Shown one piece after another: positions 10,874 to 22,507 of a stretch of DNA of 41,846 nucleotides. The stretch is from Chiloscyllium plagiosum (taxonomy: Eukaryota). The notes beneath the pieces were generated by a model that was not told where the DNA came from, did no database searches, and was given only the letters and a program-made list of their open reading frames with translations. Every line of letters begins with the position of its first letter. Within the stretch, counting starts at the first letter, position 1. Where the stretch lies: assembly GCF_004010195.1 (NCBI RefSeq), contig NC_057718.1, positions 32,088,752 to 32,130,597 on the forward strand, in the 5' to 3' direction. The position numbers and the translations under genes were made by a program.

Positions 10874-13800
10874 TAGGAGGGAGACAGATAGAAGCTATGA
10901 GGGATTTGCAACAGCAACAGTACGTGATGGATGGCAGTTACAGGAAGAGAGTAAAGTATCCAATACAGTCACATAGATGGGTTAACTCCAGGAAGGGTAA
11001 GAGAGGTAGGCACCTAGTGCAGGAGTCTTTTGTGAATATACCCATTTCAAACAGGTATGCTGTTTTGGAAAATGTAGGGGGTGATGGATTCTCAGGGGAT
11101 CGTAGCAGGAACAGCCAAATTTCTGGTATTGAGACTGGCTCGAATGTAACGAGGGCTGTGTCGGATTCCAAGGGATCAATTGTGTTAGGGGATTCTCTAG
11201 TCTGATGTACAGACAGACATTTCTGTGGCCAGCAGCGACAAAGCAGAATGGTGTGTTGTTTCCCTGGTGCCAGGATCAAGGATGTCTCAGAGAGGGTACA
11301 AAATGTTCTCATGGGGAAGAGGGACCAGCAAGAGGTCATTGTCCACATTGGAACCAACGACATAGGAAGGGAAAAGGTTGAGATTCTGAAGGGACCATAG
11401 AGTTAGGCAGAAAGATTGGTACAGTTGAGAACAGAAGCGAGTCAAATAGTCAGGGCAGGCAGGGACAAGGTAGGACGAATAAATTAAACTGCATTTATTT
11501 CAATGCAAGGGGCCTAACAGGGAAGGCAGATGAACTCAGGGCATAGTTAGGAACATGGGACTGTGATATCATAGCAATTACAGAAACATGGCTGAGGGAT
11601 GCGCAGGACTGGCAGCTTAATGTTCCAGGATACAAATGCTACAGGAAGGATAGAAAGGGAGGCAAGAGAGGAAGGGGAGTGGCATCTTTGAGAAGGGATA
11701 GCATTACAGCTATGCCGAGCGAGGATATTCCCAGAAATACATCCAGGGAAGATATTTGGGTGAAACTGAGAAATAAGAAAGGGATGATCACGTTATTGGG
11801 ATCGTATTATAGACCCCCTAGTAGTCAGAGGGAAATTGAGAAACAAACTTGTAAGGAGATCCCTGCTATCTGTAAGAATAATAGGGTGGTTATGGTAGGG
11901 GATTTTAACTTTCCAGACCTAGACTGGGACTGTCAGAGTGTTAAGGGTTTAGAAGGAGAGGCATTTGTTAAGTGTGTACAAGACAATTTTCTGATTCAGT
12001 ATGTGGATGTTTCTCCTAGAGAAGGTGCAAAGCTCGACCTACTCTTGGGAAATAAGGCAGGGCAGGTTACTGAGGTGTCAGGGGGGAGCACTTGGCCAGC
12101 AGCCTAAATTCTATTAGATTTAAAATTGTGATGGAAAAGAATAGATCAGATCTAAAAGTTGAAGATCCAAATTGGAGAAAGGCCAATTTTGATGGTATGA
12201 GGCAAGAACTTTCGAAAGCTGATTGGAGGCAGATGTTCGCAGGTAAAGGGACGGCTGGAAAATGGGAAGCCTTCAGAAATGAGATAACAAGAATCCAGAG
12301 AAAGTATATTCCTGTCAGGGTGAAAGGGAAGGATGGTAGGTATAGGGAATGCCTAATGACTAAAGAAATTGAGGGTTTGGTTAAAAAAAAGGAAGCATAT
12401 GCAAAGTATAGACAGGATAGATCGAGTGAATCCTTAGAAGTGTATAAAGGAAGTAAGAGTATACTTAAGAGGGAAATCAGGAGGGCGAAAAGGGGACATG
12501 AGATAGCTTTGGCAAATAGAATTAAGGAGAATCCAAGGGTTTTTACAAATACATTAAAGACAAAAGGGTAACTAGGGAGAGAATAGAGCCACTCAAAGAT
12601 CAGCAAGGCGGCCTTTGTGTGGAGCCACAGAAAATGGGGGAGATACTAAATGAGTATTTTGCATCAGTATTTACTGTGGAAAAGGATATGGAATATATAG
12701 CCTGTAGGGAAATAGATGGTGACATCTTGTAAAATGTCCATATTACAGAGGAGGAAGTGCTGGATGTCTTGAAACGCATAAAGGTGGATAAATCCCCAGG
12801 ACCTGATCAGGCGTACCCTAGAACTCTGTGGGAAGCTCGAAGTTATTGCTGGGCCTCATGCTGAGATTTTTGTATCATGGATAGTCACAGGTAAGGTGCT
12901 GGTAGACTGGAGGTTGGCTAACGTGGTGCCACTGTTTAAAAAGGTGGTAAGGACAAGCTAGGTAACTATAGACCAGTGAGCCTGATGTCGGTGGTGGGCA
13001 AGTTGTTGAAGGGAATCCTGAGGGACAGGATGTACATGTATTTGGAAAGGCAAGGACTGATTAGGGATAGTCAACATGGCTTTGTGCATGGGAAATCATG
13101 TCTCACAAACTTGATTGAGTTTTTTGAAGAAATAACAAAGAGGATTGATGAGGGCAGAGTGGTAGATGTGATCTCTCTGGACTTCAGTAAGGCATTTGAC
13201 AAGGTTCTTCATGGGAGACTGATTAGCAAGGTTAGATCTCATGAAATACAGAGAGAACTAGCCATTTGGATACAGAACTGGCTCAAAGGTAGAAGACAGA
13301 GGGTGGTGGTGGAGGGTTGTTTATCAGACTGGAGGCCTGTGACCAGTGGAGTGCCACAAGGATGGGTGCTGGGTCCTCTACTTTTTGTCATTTATATAAA
13401 TGATTTGGATGCAAGCATAAGATGTACAGTTAGTAGGTTTGCAGATGACACCAAAATTGGAGGTGTAGTTGACAGCGGAGAGGGTTACCTCAGAATACAA
13501 TAGGATCTGGACCAGATGAGCCAATGGGCTGAGAAGTGGCAGATGGAGTTTAATTCAGATAAATGCGAGGTCCTGAATTTTGGGAAAGCAAATCTAAGCA
13601 GGACTTATATACTTAATGGTAAGGTCCTAGGGAGTGTTGCTGAACAAAGAGACCTTGGATTGCAGTCCACAGCTCCTTGAAAGTGGAGTTGTAGATAGAT
13701 AGGATAGTAAGAAGGTGTTTGGTATGCTTTCCTTTATTGGTCAGAGTATTGAGTACATGAGTTTGGGAGGTCTTGTTGCGGCTGTACAGGACATTGGTTA

Positions 13801-14357
13801 GGCCACTGTTGGAATATAGTGTGCAATTCTGGTCTCCTTCCTATCGGACAGATGTTGTGAAACTTGAAAGGGTTCAGAAAAGATTTACAAGGATGTTGCC
13901 AGGGTTGGAGGATTTGAGCTACAGGGAGAGGCTGAACAGGCTGGGGCTGTTTTCCCTGGAGTGTCGGAGGCTGAGGGGTGACCTTATAGAGGTTTACAAA
14001 ATTATGAGAGGCATGGATAGGATAAATAGACAAAGTCTTTTCCATGGGGTGGGGGCCCAGACTAGAGGGCATAGGTATAGTGTGTGAGGGGAAAGATATG
14101 AAAGAGACCTAAGGGGCAACTTTTTCACACAGAGGGTGGTACGTGTATGGAATGAGCTGCCAGAGGAAGTAGTGGAGGCTGGTACAATTGCAACATTTAA
14201 GAGGCATTTGGATGGGTATATGGGTATAAGAGGGTTTGGAGGGATATGGGCCAGATGCTAGCAGGTAGGACTAGATTGGGTTGGGATATCTGGTCAGCGT
14301 GGACGGGTTGGAGCGAAGGGTCTGTTTCCATGCTATACATCTCTATGACTATATGAC
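10874..14357 (+). mobile_element. Near full-length CR1 LINE, inactivated (ORF1 esterase remnant, ORF2 APE endonuclease and RT, 3' UTR)
   Basis: ORF1 SGNH-esterase motifs IVLGDSLV, VCCFPGARIKDV, VHIGTND (11180-11360). Endonuclease motifs YFNARGL, ITETW, VMVGDFN, KLDLLL. RT motifs SQHGF, LDFSKAFDKV, GVPQG..LGP, FADDTK. Several stops and frameshifts; tail ctctatgactatatgac. Confidence 0.96.
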
Positions 14358-17300
14358 CAGCACCATACGTAATGCCTGATACTGAATAGTTAAAAGTTGT
14401 CAGGTAATGCACAAGCAAAATTAAAAGCGAAAGCCTACAAGTGATTTAGTAAAGCATGAAATGAGGGCCTGGAGGATTTCCATCTTTTTTCTGAAGTAAT
14501 GAGTCGAACCATACCTTCGCAGTAAGGTTGCACCTTAAGATAAAGCTTATACAATGAGAACAGTAAATTCTAGGCAATACCGAACACAATTGTAAGTAAC
14601 GATGAAATGTACCGACTAACTAATGTGTAATCAAGTAAATTCCTTGTATTGCCTTCTTATGAATATTAAAATCCTACATGTGACATTTTGAACACACTAG
14701 GTTAAATTTCACGCTATGTTCAGTTGTTGACCGTGCTATATTATTTTATGTAGTTAAATGCCTGAAGCTTTAGAATTGTGGAGAAAAATCTAATGTCTCT
14801 CCCAATGGCAGGTAGCACTTAATCTTGTGGGAGGTATGTGGGTGGGAATCCTGCACTTCCTTGTTTCCATCTGGAATAGGTTTGTGGCAGTTATTCGCAC
14901 GGATGTCTTTCCTGCTCACTTGACAATTACGGACCATAAGTGGCTAATTAATGACCACACAAGAGCCTCATGTTACTGCTGCCTCATTTTAATCCAGTGG
15001 CAATTGGTGGCTTTAGATGCAGGGAGCATTGCAAGCAAATCTAATTGAGTCTGCTTATGGGTTGCAGGCTCCTTGAGGTCAGGGCTCCTTTGTTGTCAGT
15101 GCCTGATTGAGGAACCTGGTATCGTGAAGGTGTTGGGGTTGGTGGGGGAGGAGGCAGCTGAGAGCTACCTCCAGCACTTGCTTCCAACTTCCTTCCTCTT
15201 TGAGCCCCTCCAATCATTTATAACATGAGGTCCAGAGATTCACAGCGGACATCCCCTCCCCATGACACAGGCCAGCAGCTCTAGGTAGACTGGGTCACTA
15301 GCCACCCAGGGAAGGAAAGGCCCACTGCTGGCCTCACAGTGATGGCACATCTGAGAAGTACCTGACTCTTGGTACATTTCAATCTGGTTTTGAAAATAAT
15401 TTCCAACTCAAATAAGTAAGTTTTGCTAAGTAATGGATCTAATGAATAATATTGTAATGTGTAGTTGTTAGAATCATCAACAAAGAGAAAAAGCCATTAG
15501 ATTTATGCCTTATTCAATTATTTCATTGATTGAGCTTTTCTGATTACTCCTCATTCAATTACTTCTCTCTTCCAGAAATCTACCTAATTGTCTCTTCAAT
15601 CCACTTATACTTTCCCTTTAATGGTCTTCTCTTAATTTGTATTCACAATTCATTTTCCAATTTACAGTTGCTCAGCTGATTATATGGGTTGAACTTCTAC
15701 CATGCTGTTCTGTACAGTTAATGAATTCATTCAGTGGAATAGATGTTACAAGGGTCAAGTTCATGATGTTTGTTCAAATAAATTTCAAGATCTAATTGAG
15801 AAGATACTAGTTAACTATTAGGATATTGATAAGTACACATGCAGTTTGTTTATTTACTGATCATAACGCTCCAATGACTTGGAGAGTGTTTATCCTGCTT
15901 GCTAATTTGTGTCTGATACCAAACAGTTGTCCTGAATGCATTCATCCATTTATATCTAAAGGGGTTATGGGTGGCAGTGAGCTATTTCAAGAGGAATATG
16001 CAGAGAACATCTTACTAATTAAGAAGAGGTATCAATCATAATTCTGTAATTGTATTCAAAAGGAATAGATTCCTTTTCTCTAATAAACATTAGCTTTGTT
16101 AAAGTGGATATTGTAGCATAAATTTTACTAACTATTCTGAGAATACCCTCTCATGTGGTGCCAACTTTAAAAACACCACTTATTTCAGCTTTGTATTTAA
16201 ATAGCTGACAAAGCATTCAGGGGCTCCAATGCCTTCCCAGTTATGTGATCATACAGTCCGTTGAAAGTTTATGATTTGTATAAATAAGATGGAGATACAT
16301 CTCTCAATCCAGATTTATATGTTTTGTTCACTCTGAATCAATCAGAGGCCAGAAAACAAATGCATAATTTAATCCTCAGTCCAAATTTATTAGTTGTTAC
16401 CAAATGGTGAGCTTAGGATTGTTATTTTGAATGTAATAAACTGTCTTCTTGTCTGAGGAGTGCCATGTTCTAATATGTATTTAGCAGAATACTGTTGAAA
16501 ATTTAGGTATTATTAAAATGAGGCAAACTGTCAATGGTGCTTTTGTAAGTTAATGCGGCATATCATGTGCAAGAATCAAAAGTAGCTGAATTTTGAGGTG
16601 TACTTGTTCTTAGTACAGTGAATTATGAATGAATAAAAATGTTTACAGAGTTAATTTAACTCTTGATTAAGCCAGACTTTCCAAAATGATAATTGTTATC
16701 AGTTGAGATTATTGGATAGGATTTTGCAGACCGGTAATTGTGTTTTCATTCAAAACAAATTAGGAAATTGACTGATTGCAACTACACAAGCTGAAGACCT
16801 TTGCTATTCATTCAATTAATTCTGAGCTTTGAAAGAAATAAAAAAAAGGCCTTCTCTCTGCTATCATTCAGCTGATCATTTTCTGAATTGATAGGTATCT
16901 ATAAATCCTGTGTTATCTGTAACGGCAGCTTGATAGTAGACCTATATTAGCATACTTGAACAAATCCTTTCTCATGTTATGCACCTCCAACTCATATTAT
17001 ACATTATTAATCCCAAGCCTAGCTACAAACCAGAGATTGGGTGCAAATATTGTCTGTACAATACGTTTAAAATAAAATATTACATGCAGAATATTAGAAG
17101 CAAAAGGATTGTAGAAAAACAGAAAGAGAAAATCTTTCAGAGAAAAAACCTCAAGTAGGAAACAAATGGGCTGAACAAGATAAATAAAGGAAGAAACCAA
17201 TTCACAAAGAAGGGGAAACTCTTGGAAGGAGACGATAAGGGGAAAGAAAAAAACCTGCTCTAAACAGAAACAAACCGTGATTCTCAAGAGCTTTGTTCAG

Positions 17301-17569
17301 AAACTCACACACACACCTCGAACAATCTCTGATTTCTACCCAAATTTGTAGATATAATTTCAAACTTAACTTTTGTCATGCCCATTTAGAACTTTGAAAC
17401 TGATACATTATCTTATGCTTTACACATTTTTGTTCTGATTTTAATAATGTAAATTATGTAATTATTTGTAGAATCTCTAAATTATCATTCAGGAATTATA
17501 CAGAGCTAATCAATTTCCAATAGTATTTTAAATGAACAAAGCAGACAATTACATTTACGTGAAAAATCC

Positions 17570-17910
17570 TTTCCAATCCAGATGCTGTTGGCATGACCCC
17601 ACATATGCCATTCACTCTTTGCTGCTGCACTTAAGGGGATATCTTCCATGTGTGAGCCCAACCAATGACATTAACAAGCTCTTCTGCTACAGAAAGCAAC
17701 AGTTAGCATTATCCAGCCGGCAGATGTATGCATTATACAGCAGGGGTCTCTGAATTCCAATCTAAAATGGGGGTTCCCTTCCAGATGACAATTGAGGCAA
17801 TTGTAGCACCGCAGTGACTCCATACCTCCAACAAACTTAGCAAAAATTGAGGGTCAAACCTGTGACGTTTTAGAATGTTTGACTCATTTCTCACTGTCCT
17901 GACTACGTGA
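17570..17910 (-). mobile_element. Probable ancient tRNA-derived SINE
   Basis: The minus strand has a decayed tRNA-like start (cacaggtttgaccc B-box-like) then ctacaattgcctca...gacccctgctg...ggctcacacatggaaga, resembling a recalled elasmobranch SINE body. Confidence 0.35.
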
Positions 17911-19168
17911 GTGAATAAAATGGCTTTTAAAAAATGATTTACTTTAAGCTCTGTGGTTGCTTTAGGTACAGTGACTGTCACCCAGTCCCTGTTATCACTT
18001 GAATTTCCAATCCTAATTAAGTAGGACATCAAAATTGGCTATCATCGCTCAATGTGTGAAAAATGAGGTAACATGTAGGCTTACTGAGTGCTTGTGGTCT
18101 GTGGTTGTGGTTAATTCACTGGATTTTCAACCAGAAACTCACAGCTTTGAGACCCAAGGATGAGAATTTTCCTGTCTCAGCTTGGTGAAATTATTTTGTT
18201 GCTGTCGAGATGCTATATGGAGCACTTGGCAATAATGAGGAACATTACCAGAGTTGGAGAGGGAGAAAGAAAAGAGGGCAAGGATTATCAACCTATCCTA
18301 GTAAATCGTATTCTTTGGCAGTAAACCTTTTCCTTCTGGAACGGTTGAAGAATATAGTATCAAAGGTCAAAACCAGGAACGAACCTGGTAGATCTACGTG
18401 GGGCACTGATGCTACAGCACTCCAGACATCAGCACTTGCCCTATGGTATCTGTAACAGAGAACCCTGCAACTGTCTGGCAGTGGTCATTGCACACACATA
18501 TCTTGTTGACACTCAATTAAATCATCTTCTCAAATACCCCACCCCCAGCTTTCTTTCTTGCAAACACACTCCCACATACATTCACCAAATGATGAAAACA
18601 TGTAAGGTGGCTGAACCTTACTGCCACTCCAGGTGGACCTGCGCAACCCACTTACTGTCCAGTTTCCATCTCGGCACCCCATATGGAACAACCTTCCTGA
18701 GCAATATCCACCAGTTGACATCCTTTAGATCAAGAAAGGGAGAAAACGGGAAGTCAATAACAAGCATTTTGTGACAACCCCAATCAGTTGAGTGAACTTC
18801 CCTGGTGCAGGACAAACCAGGGCCCATGCTTGGCCAATGTGCATGGCTTGTGCTTCAGTTCAAACCCCATATGCCCGGTTGGAGAGAGACAGGCAATGCT
18901 GCACAGTACCAAGGAGTTCCCTTTCTAGAGAATAAGAAGCAAACTGATTTGTTTAAACTCAGCAAATGAGGAGACTATCACTTGGCTTCACTTGCGAACT
19001 AATAAACTAAGTGAGAGAGTCATAAGCATAAATATGTAATGTATACCTTGTGTTCTTGGCCTTGAGTTAAAAATAAGATGATTAATACATATTGGAAAAC
19101 TAGAGGCTGGCGATAATCAGTTCAATGATATTCAATATTATAGATATTGCATCAATATCGTAAAGCTC

Positions 19169-19250
19169 CCTGACAAAGGAACAGTGCTTCGAAAGCTTGT
19201 ACTCACAAATAAACCTGTTGGACTATAACCTGGTGTTGTGTGATTTTTAA
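19169..19250 (+). mobile_element. Short Penelope-type terminal-repeat insertion with a degenerate hammerhead motif
   Basis: cCTGACAAaggaacagtgcttcGAAAgctt...aataaacctgttggactataacctggtgttgtgtgatttttaa, flanked by imperfect direct repeats caatatcgtaaagctc (19153-19168) and caatatcataaactc (19251-19265). Confidence 0.7.
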
Positions 19251-20824
19251 CAATATCATAAACTCACTACACAACATTTCTGGTTGTTACAATAATTTAT
19301 TACTTGGTTACTTCTTCAACTTATCCTAATATATTTTTCTAAATGGTGGTGGCAGGTATATTAGAGGTGGAACAACTTTGGTGAAACGGGAGCAAATATT
19401 AAAGGAGGCAAAAGATTATATGGGCTTCACCTGATTGGCATTTTGTGACTTTAATTTTATTCTTGTACCAAAACACAGGAAATGATCTGAACCTATTAAG
19501 CATAATATTTTGTCAGGAAGGAAATTGGAATTCTGTTCTGAGGTAAAAAGTAGTGTCAGGTCTTGCTGGGTAGATATTAATGTAGCTACTTAAATGTATT
19601 TCCACAGGATTTTTCATTGGTGCATTGGTGTTATGTTGGGGTGACAGGGAATAAATGACCTCGCATGCATGCTAGCAAGAATGAGATGCTTCACTTCCAA
19701 AGGTGGTGGAATCAAACCCAGCCATTGAAGAATCACAGATTTTATAGTCCAGATTGTTAGCAGGCAGTTATCAGGGAGCAACAAGGGGCTGATGGGAATG
19801 GTCCTTGGTATTCAAGTTCTGAAGTTTGTGTGTCAGTGTGGTGGTGGTGCTCCGAGTTGGAGGGTGGAAGAGAGAGTGGACAGTGAAGGAAGAATCAGAT
19901 TGGTTGGAATAGAGATCAGGACTGGATGCTGGGAGGGAGAACTTGCAACTGGGGGAGAATGTTCAGATTGCCGGGAAAGAGAACAAAGTAAGTTTTCTTA
20001 TGGATCAACCACAAAATATTCCGACTCCTTTCTGGCTTGCAAACAATTGTGAAAAAAAAACACTTACTTGCTAGACCCCTCAGTTCTCATCTCTCTTCAG
20101 TTGCTGAATTTCCTGAGCCTAGGGAAATGGATCCTGCAGCCATTAAATGAAGTGCCTGTCAAAATTTGAGCAATGCAGCTGTACTGACACATTACGATCA
20201 CTAACTCACCTCTGGAACAGATCATTCAGTTGACCTCCTACCGGCCACTGTTAAACCAGCAGTCGGCATATTCTTGTCTAGTTGGGGTTGGGAATCAGAT
20301 GTCTTCCTGTTTAGTCCCAGCAAAAAAGGAAGAGTGATCAAGCAGGTTTGAGAAACATAAAATATTTTATTTGGATGTACAGGAACATCTGCATTCTCAT
20401 TCAGTGCTCACTGCGACTGATGCCTAAAGAATTAACATGAAGCACTGTGTTTAAATAGAAATGTGTTTTTAACCAACCTAGTACTGCCTGGAAATGATGA
20501 ATGATAAAAGATTGTTTAGTCTATTCACAGTGTTTATAGCATTCTACATATTTTTGAATAATTTCTGAATCTCCCACATTCTATGTAATTGTGAAAAAAA
20601 GTAATGATTTCCTAAACAAATGGGATCAAGTATTGTTAAAAATAATTCAAGTCTTTGTCTTAGCCAAGTCTGCATTCTCTCCCACCTTTGTGTTAGTTGG
20701 ATTAAAAGGAAATGTTAATTTTGATTTGATTTCCTTTACAGGGTATTCTAATTTAGTCTCTTAAGTAGCATTTAAATCTAATGCATAAGAAAGATGCTAA
20801 ATTTAGAAAAAAACACTTTTTTTT

Positions 20825-21118
20825 TGTTTATGCATGAGATGCTTGCATCATTGGCAAAGCCTGACATTATTGTCCAGGATCTCATTGTCCTTGTAAAGTG
20901 ATGAGCCAAATTCTTGAATATCACTGAGTGACTTGCTGGAGCACAGTTAAGCAACCACATTATTGTGGGTTTGGAGTCAACTGACCAGACTAAGGACAGC
21001 CAATTTCCTTCCCAAAAGGAATTAGTAAACTAGACAGGTTCTAACAACAATCCAGTGTGTTCATTGTCGTTATTGATACTAGCTTTTCTTTCTAAATTTA
21101 TTTAACCAATTGGATTGA
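20825..21118 (-). mobile_element. Decayed abundant shark SINE/LINE-tail repeat
   Basis: caaccacattattgtgggtttggagtca...tttccttcccaaaaggaattagtaaac matches a recalled elasmobranch repeat; a related short end is at ~28150-28205. Confidence 0.5.
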
Positions 21119-21121
21119 AGT

Positions 21122-21173
21122 TTAGATTAGATTAGATTAGATTAGATTACTTACAGTGTGGATTACTTACAGT
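21122..21173 (-). repeat. (ttaga)5 microsatellite plus extreme 3' tail of an HE1/CR1-type element
   Basis: ttagattagattagattagattagattacttacagtgtgga is the same tail as the SINEs at 10175 and 28940; gattacttacagt is locally duplicated. Confidence 0.75.
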
Positions 21174-22305
21174 TCTCCCTCAGTAATGGTTAGATTGAGC
21201 TACAGCTTGATAACCCAGAGGCAGTATTTTATGGTGACCCCCACGGATGGATTTGCAAGAGAAGGTATGGGATTTGCAAAACTCTGCAGGTCCCTGCTAC
21301 TTGAATTTGCTGGGATGTTACAAGTGGCAGGTGTTGCTCCAGGTGACCTGCCAGCAGCAGCTGGTCAATTGGACAGGAGATGGGATTTTCTCTCCCAATA
21401 GAAGGTCTGACTCCAGTCAATTAATGTTCTTTAAAGCTTTCAATAACTGTGTGGCAGCCATTCGGAACAGGGTGACATTCCCAACATTTTCAGTAGCAGG
21501 ACAAGAAGCACCAGTATCCATTAATTTTTTTTTCCCAGGTCTCTGGACAATGATTACAAAACAAAACCCTCAAAGCTGCTCCTAATTCAAAAAGATTGTG
21601 GCTGATCTGACCTTTGCTACCCGTCCCCATCACCTTTAATTCCCTTTTATTCAGAAAATCTGTTCAATACAGCTTTGGATGAATCTCATGATTCAGTCTC
21701 CAAACCTTGTTTCAGTTTGCCCTACTCAAAAAGACCTATATATTCTGAATCTTTGTTTTCTGTTAGCAAATCCACTGTCCCAACACTATGAGCTTTTATA
21801 TTACAGAATAACCTTAGTTATGTGGCACCTTTTGAAAATCAATATATATCCACTAGTTGACCTTTATTCAGTCAGCTTTTTTACATTCTTGTAGAACTGT
21901 TACAAATGAAATTTCCCATTTTTGAAACCACATTTGTCTGATAGTAAAAGGATTTTCTAAAGGTGCTCCAACTGTTGCATGTGTACGTTGCCTGTATGAG
22001 ATGTTGCCTTTAAGGACTAACTGTGGTGAGTGTAAACCATGCTACACAACTCTGCCTGGCAATTAGTTTGTAATGGGTTCGCTAGTTGCACAAACAGAAA
22101 CCAGCTGGCAAACTGTAATATCTGCTTAATAATTTCAAATACATTTTACTGTTTTAAGTAAGTTAATATGCAGCATTCATCAGTCCCTGATGAGTGATTG
22201 ATTTTAGATTGTTATTATGAACACAACAGGTGCTATGTCTTTAATAGTGGATTCTAACATTCCCCCAGTGACAAAGGTTAGCCTGCCTGGCCTGTAGTAG
22301 CCTGC

Positions 22306-22507
22306 GAGGAGAAAGTGAGGTCTGCAGATGCTGGAGATCAGAGCTGGAAATGTGTTGCTGGAAAAGCGCAGCAGGTCAGGCAGCATCTAGGGAACAGGAG
22401 AATCGACGTTTCGGGCTCCTGAAGAAGGGCTAATGCCCGAAACGTCGATTCTCCTGTTCCCTAGATGCTGCCTGACCTGCTGCGCTTTTCCAGCAACACA
22501 TTTCCAT
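22306..22507. mobile_element. Young Penelope-type head-to-head terminal-repeat insertion: perfect 72-bp inverted repeat with a hammerhead motif and a 14-15 bp TSD
   Basis: Arms 22345-22416 and 22435-22506 are exact reverse complements around an 18-nt spacer. Direct repeat ctgtagtagcctgcg at 22292-22306 and 22508-22522. Same family as 40014-40243. Confidence 0.88.
22415..22451 (+). ncRNA. Minimal type I hammerhead ribozyme motif
   Basis: CTGAAGA-A-GGGC-taat-GCCC-GAAA-C-GTC: intact core, 4-bp stem II, GUC triplet, loopless palindromic stem III (ACGT); stem I is only ~2 bp in this copy. Confidence 0.65.

Noticed and set aside
12976..13503. RT ORFs here and at 34407-35057 as host genes or active elements
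   Set aside because: They are fragments of CR1 ORF2 broken by stops and frameshifts.
17095..17285. A/G-rich strand-biased stretch and the 96-aa hydrophobic minus-strand ORF
   Set aside because: The low-complexity composition explains the ORF; there are stops in the plus frames and no recognisable motif.
22176..22196. ctgatgag within a small hairpin (ttcatcag-tcc-ctgatgag)
   Set aside because: No stem II or GAAA follows, so it is not a hammerhead; the hairpin is too short to interpret.
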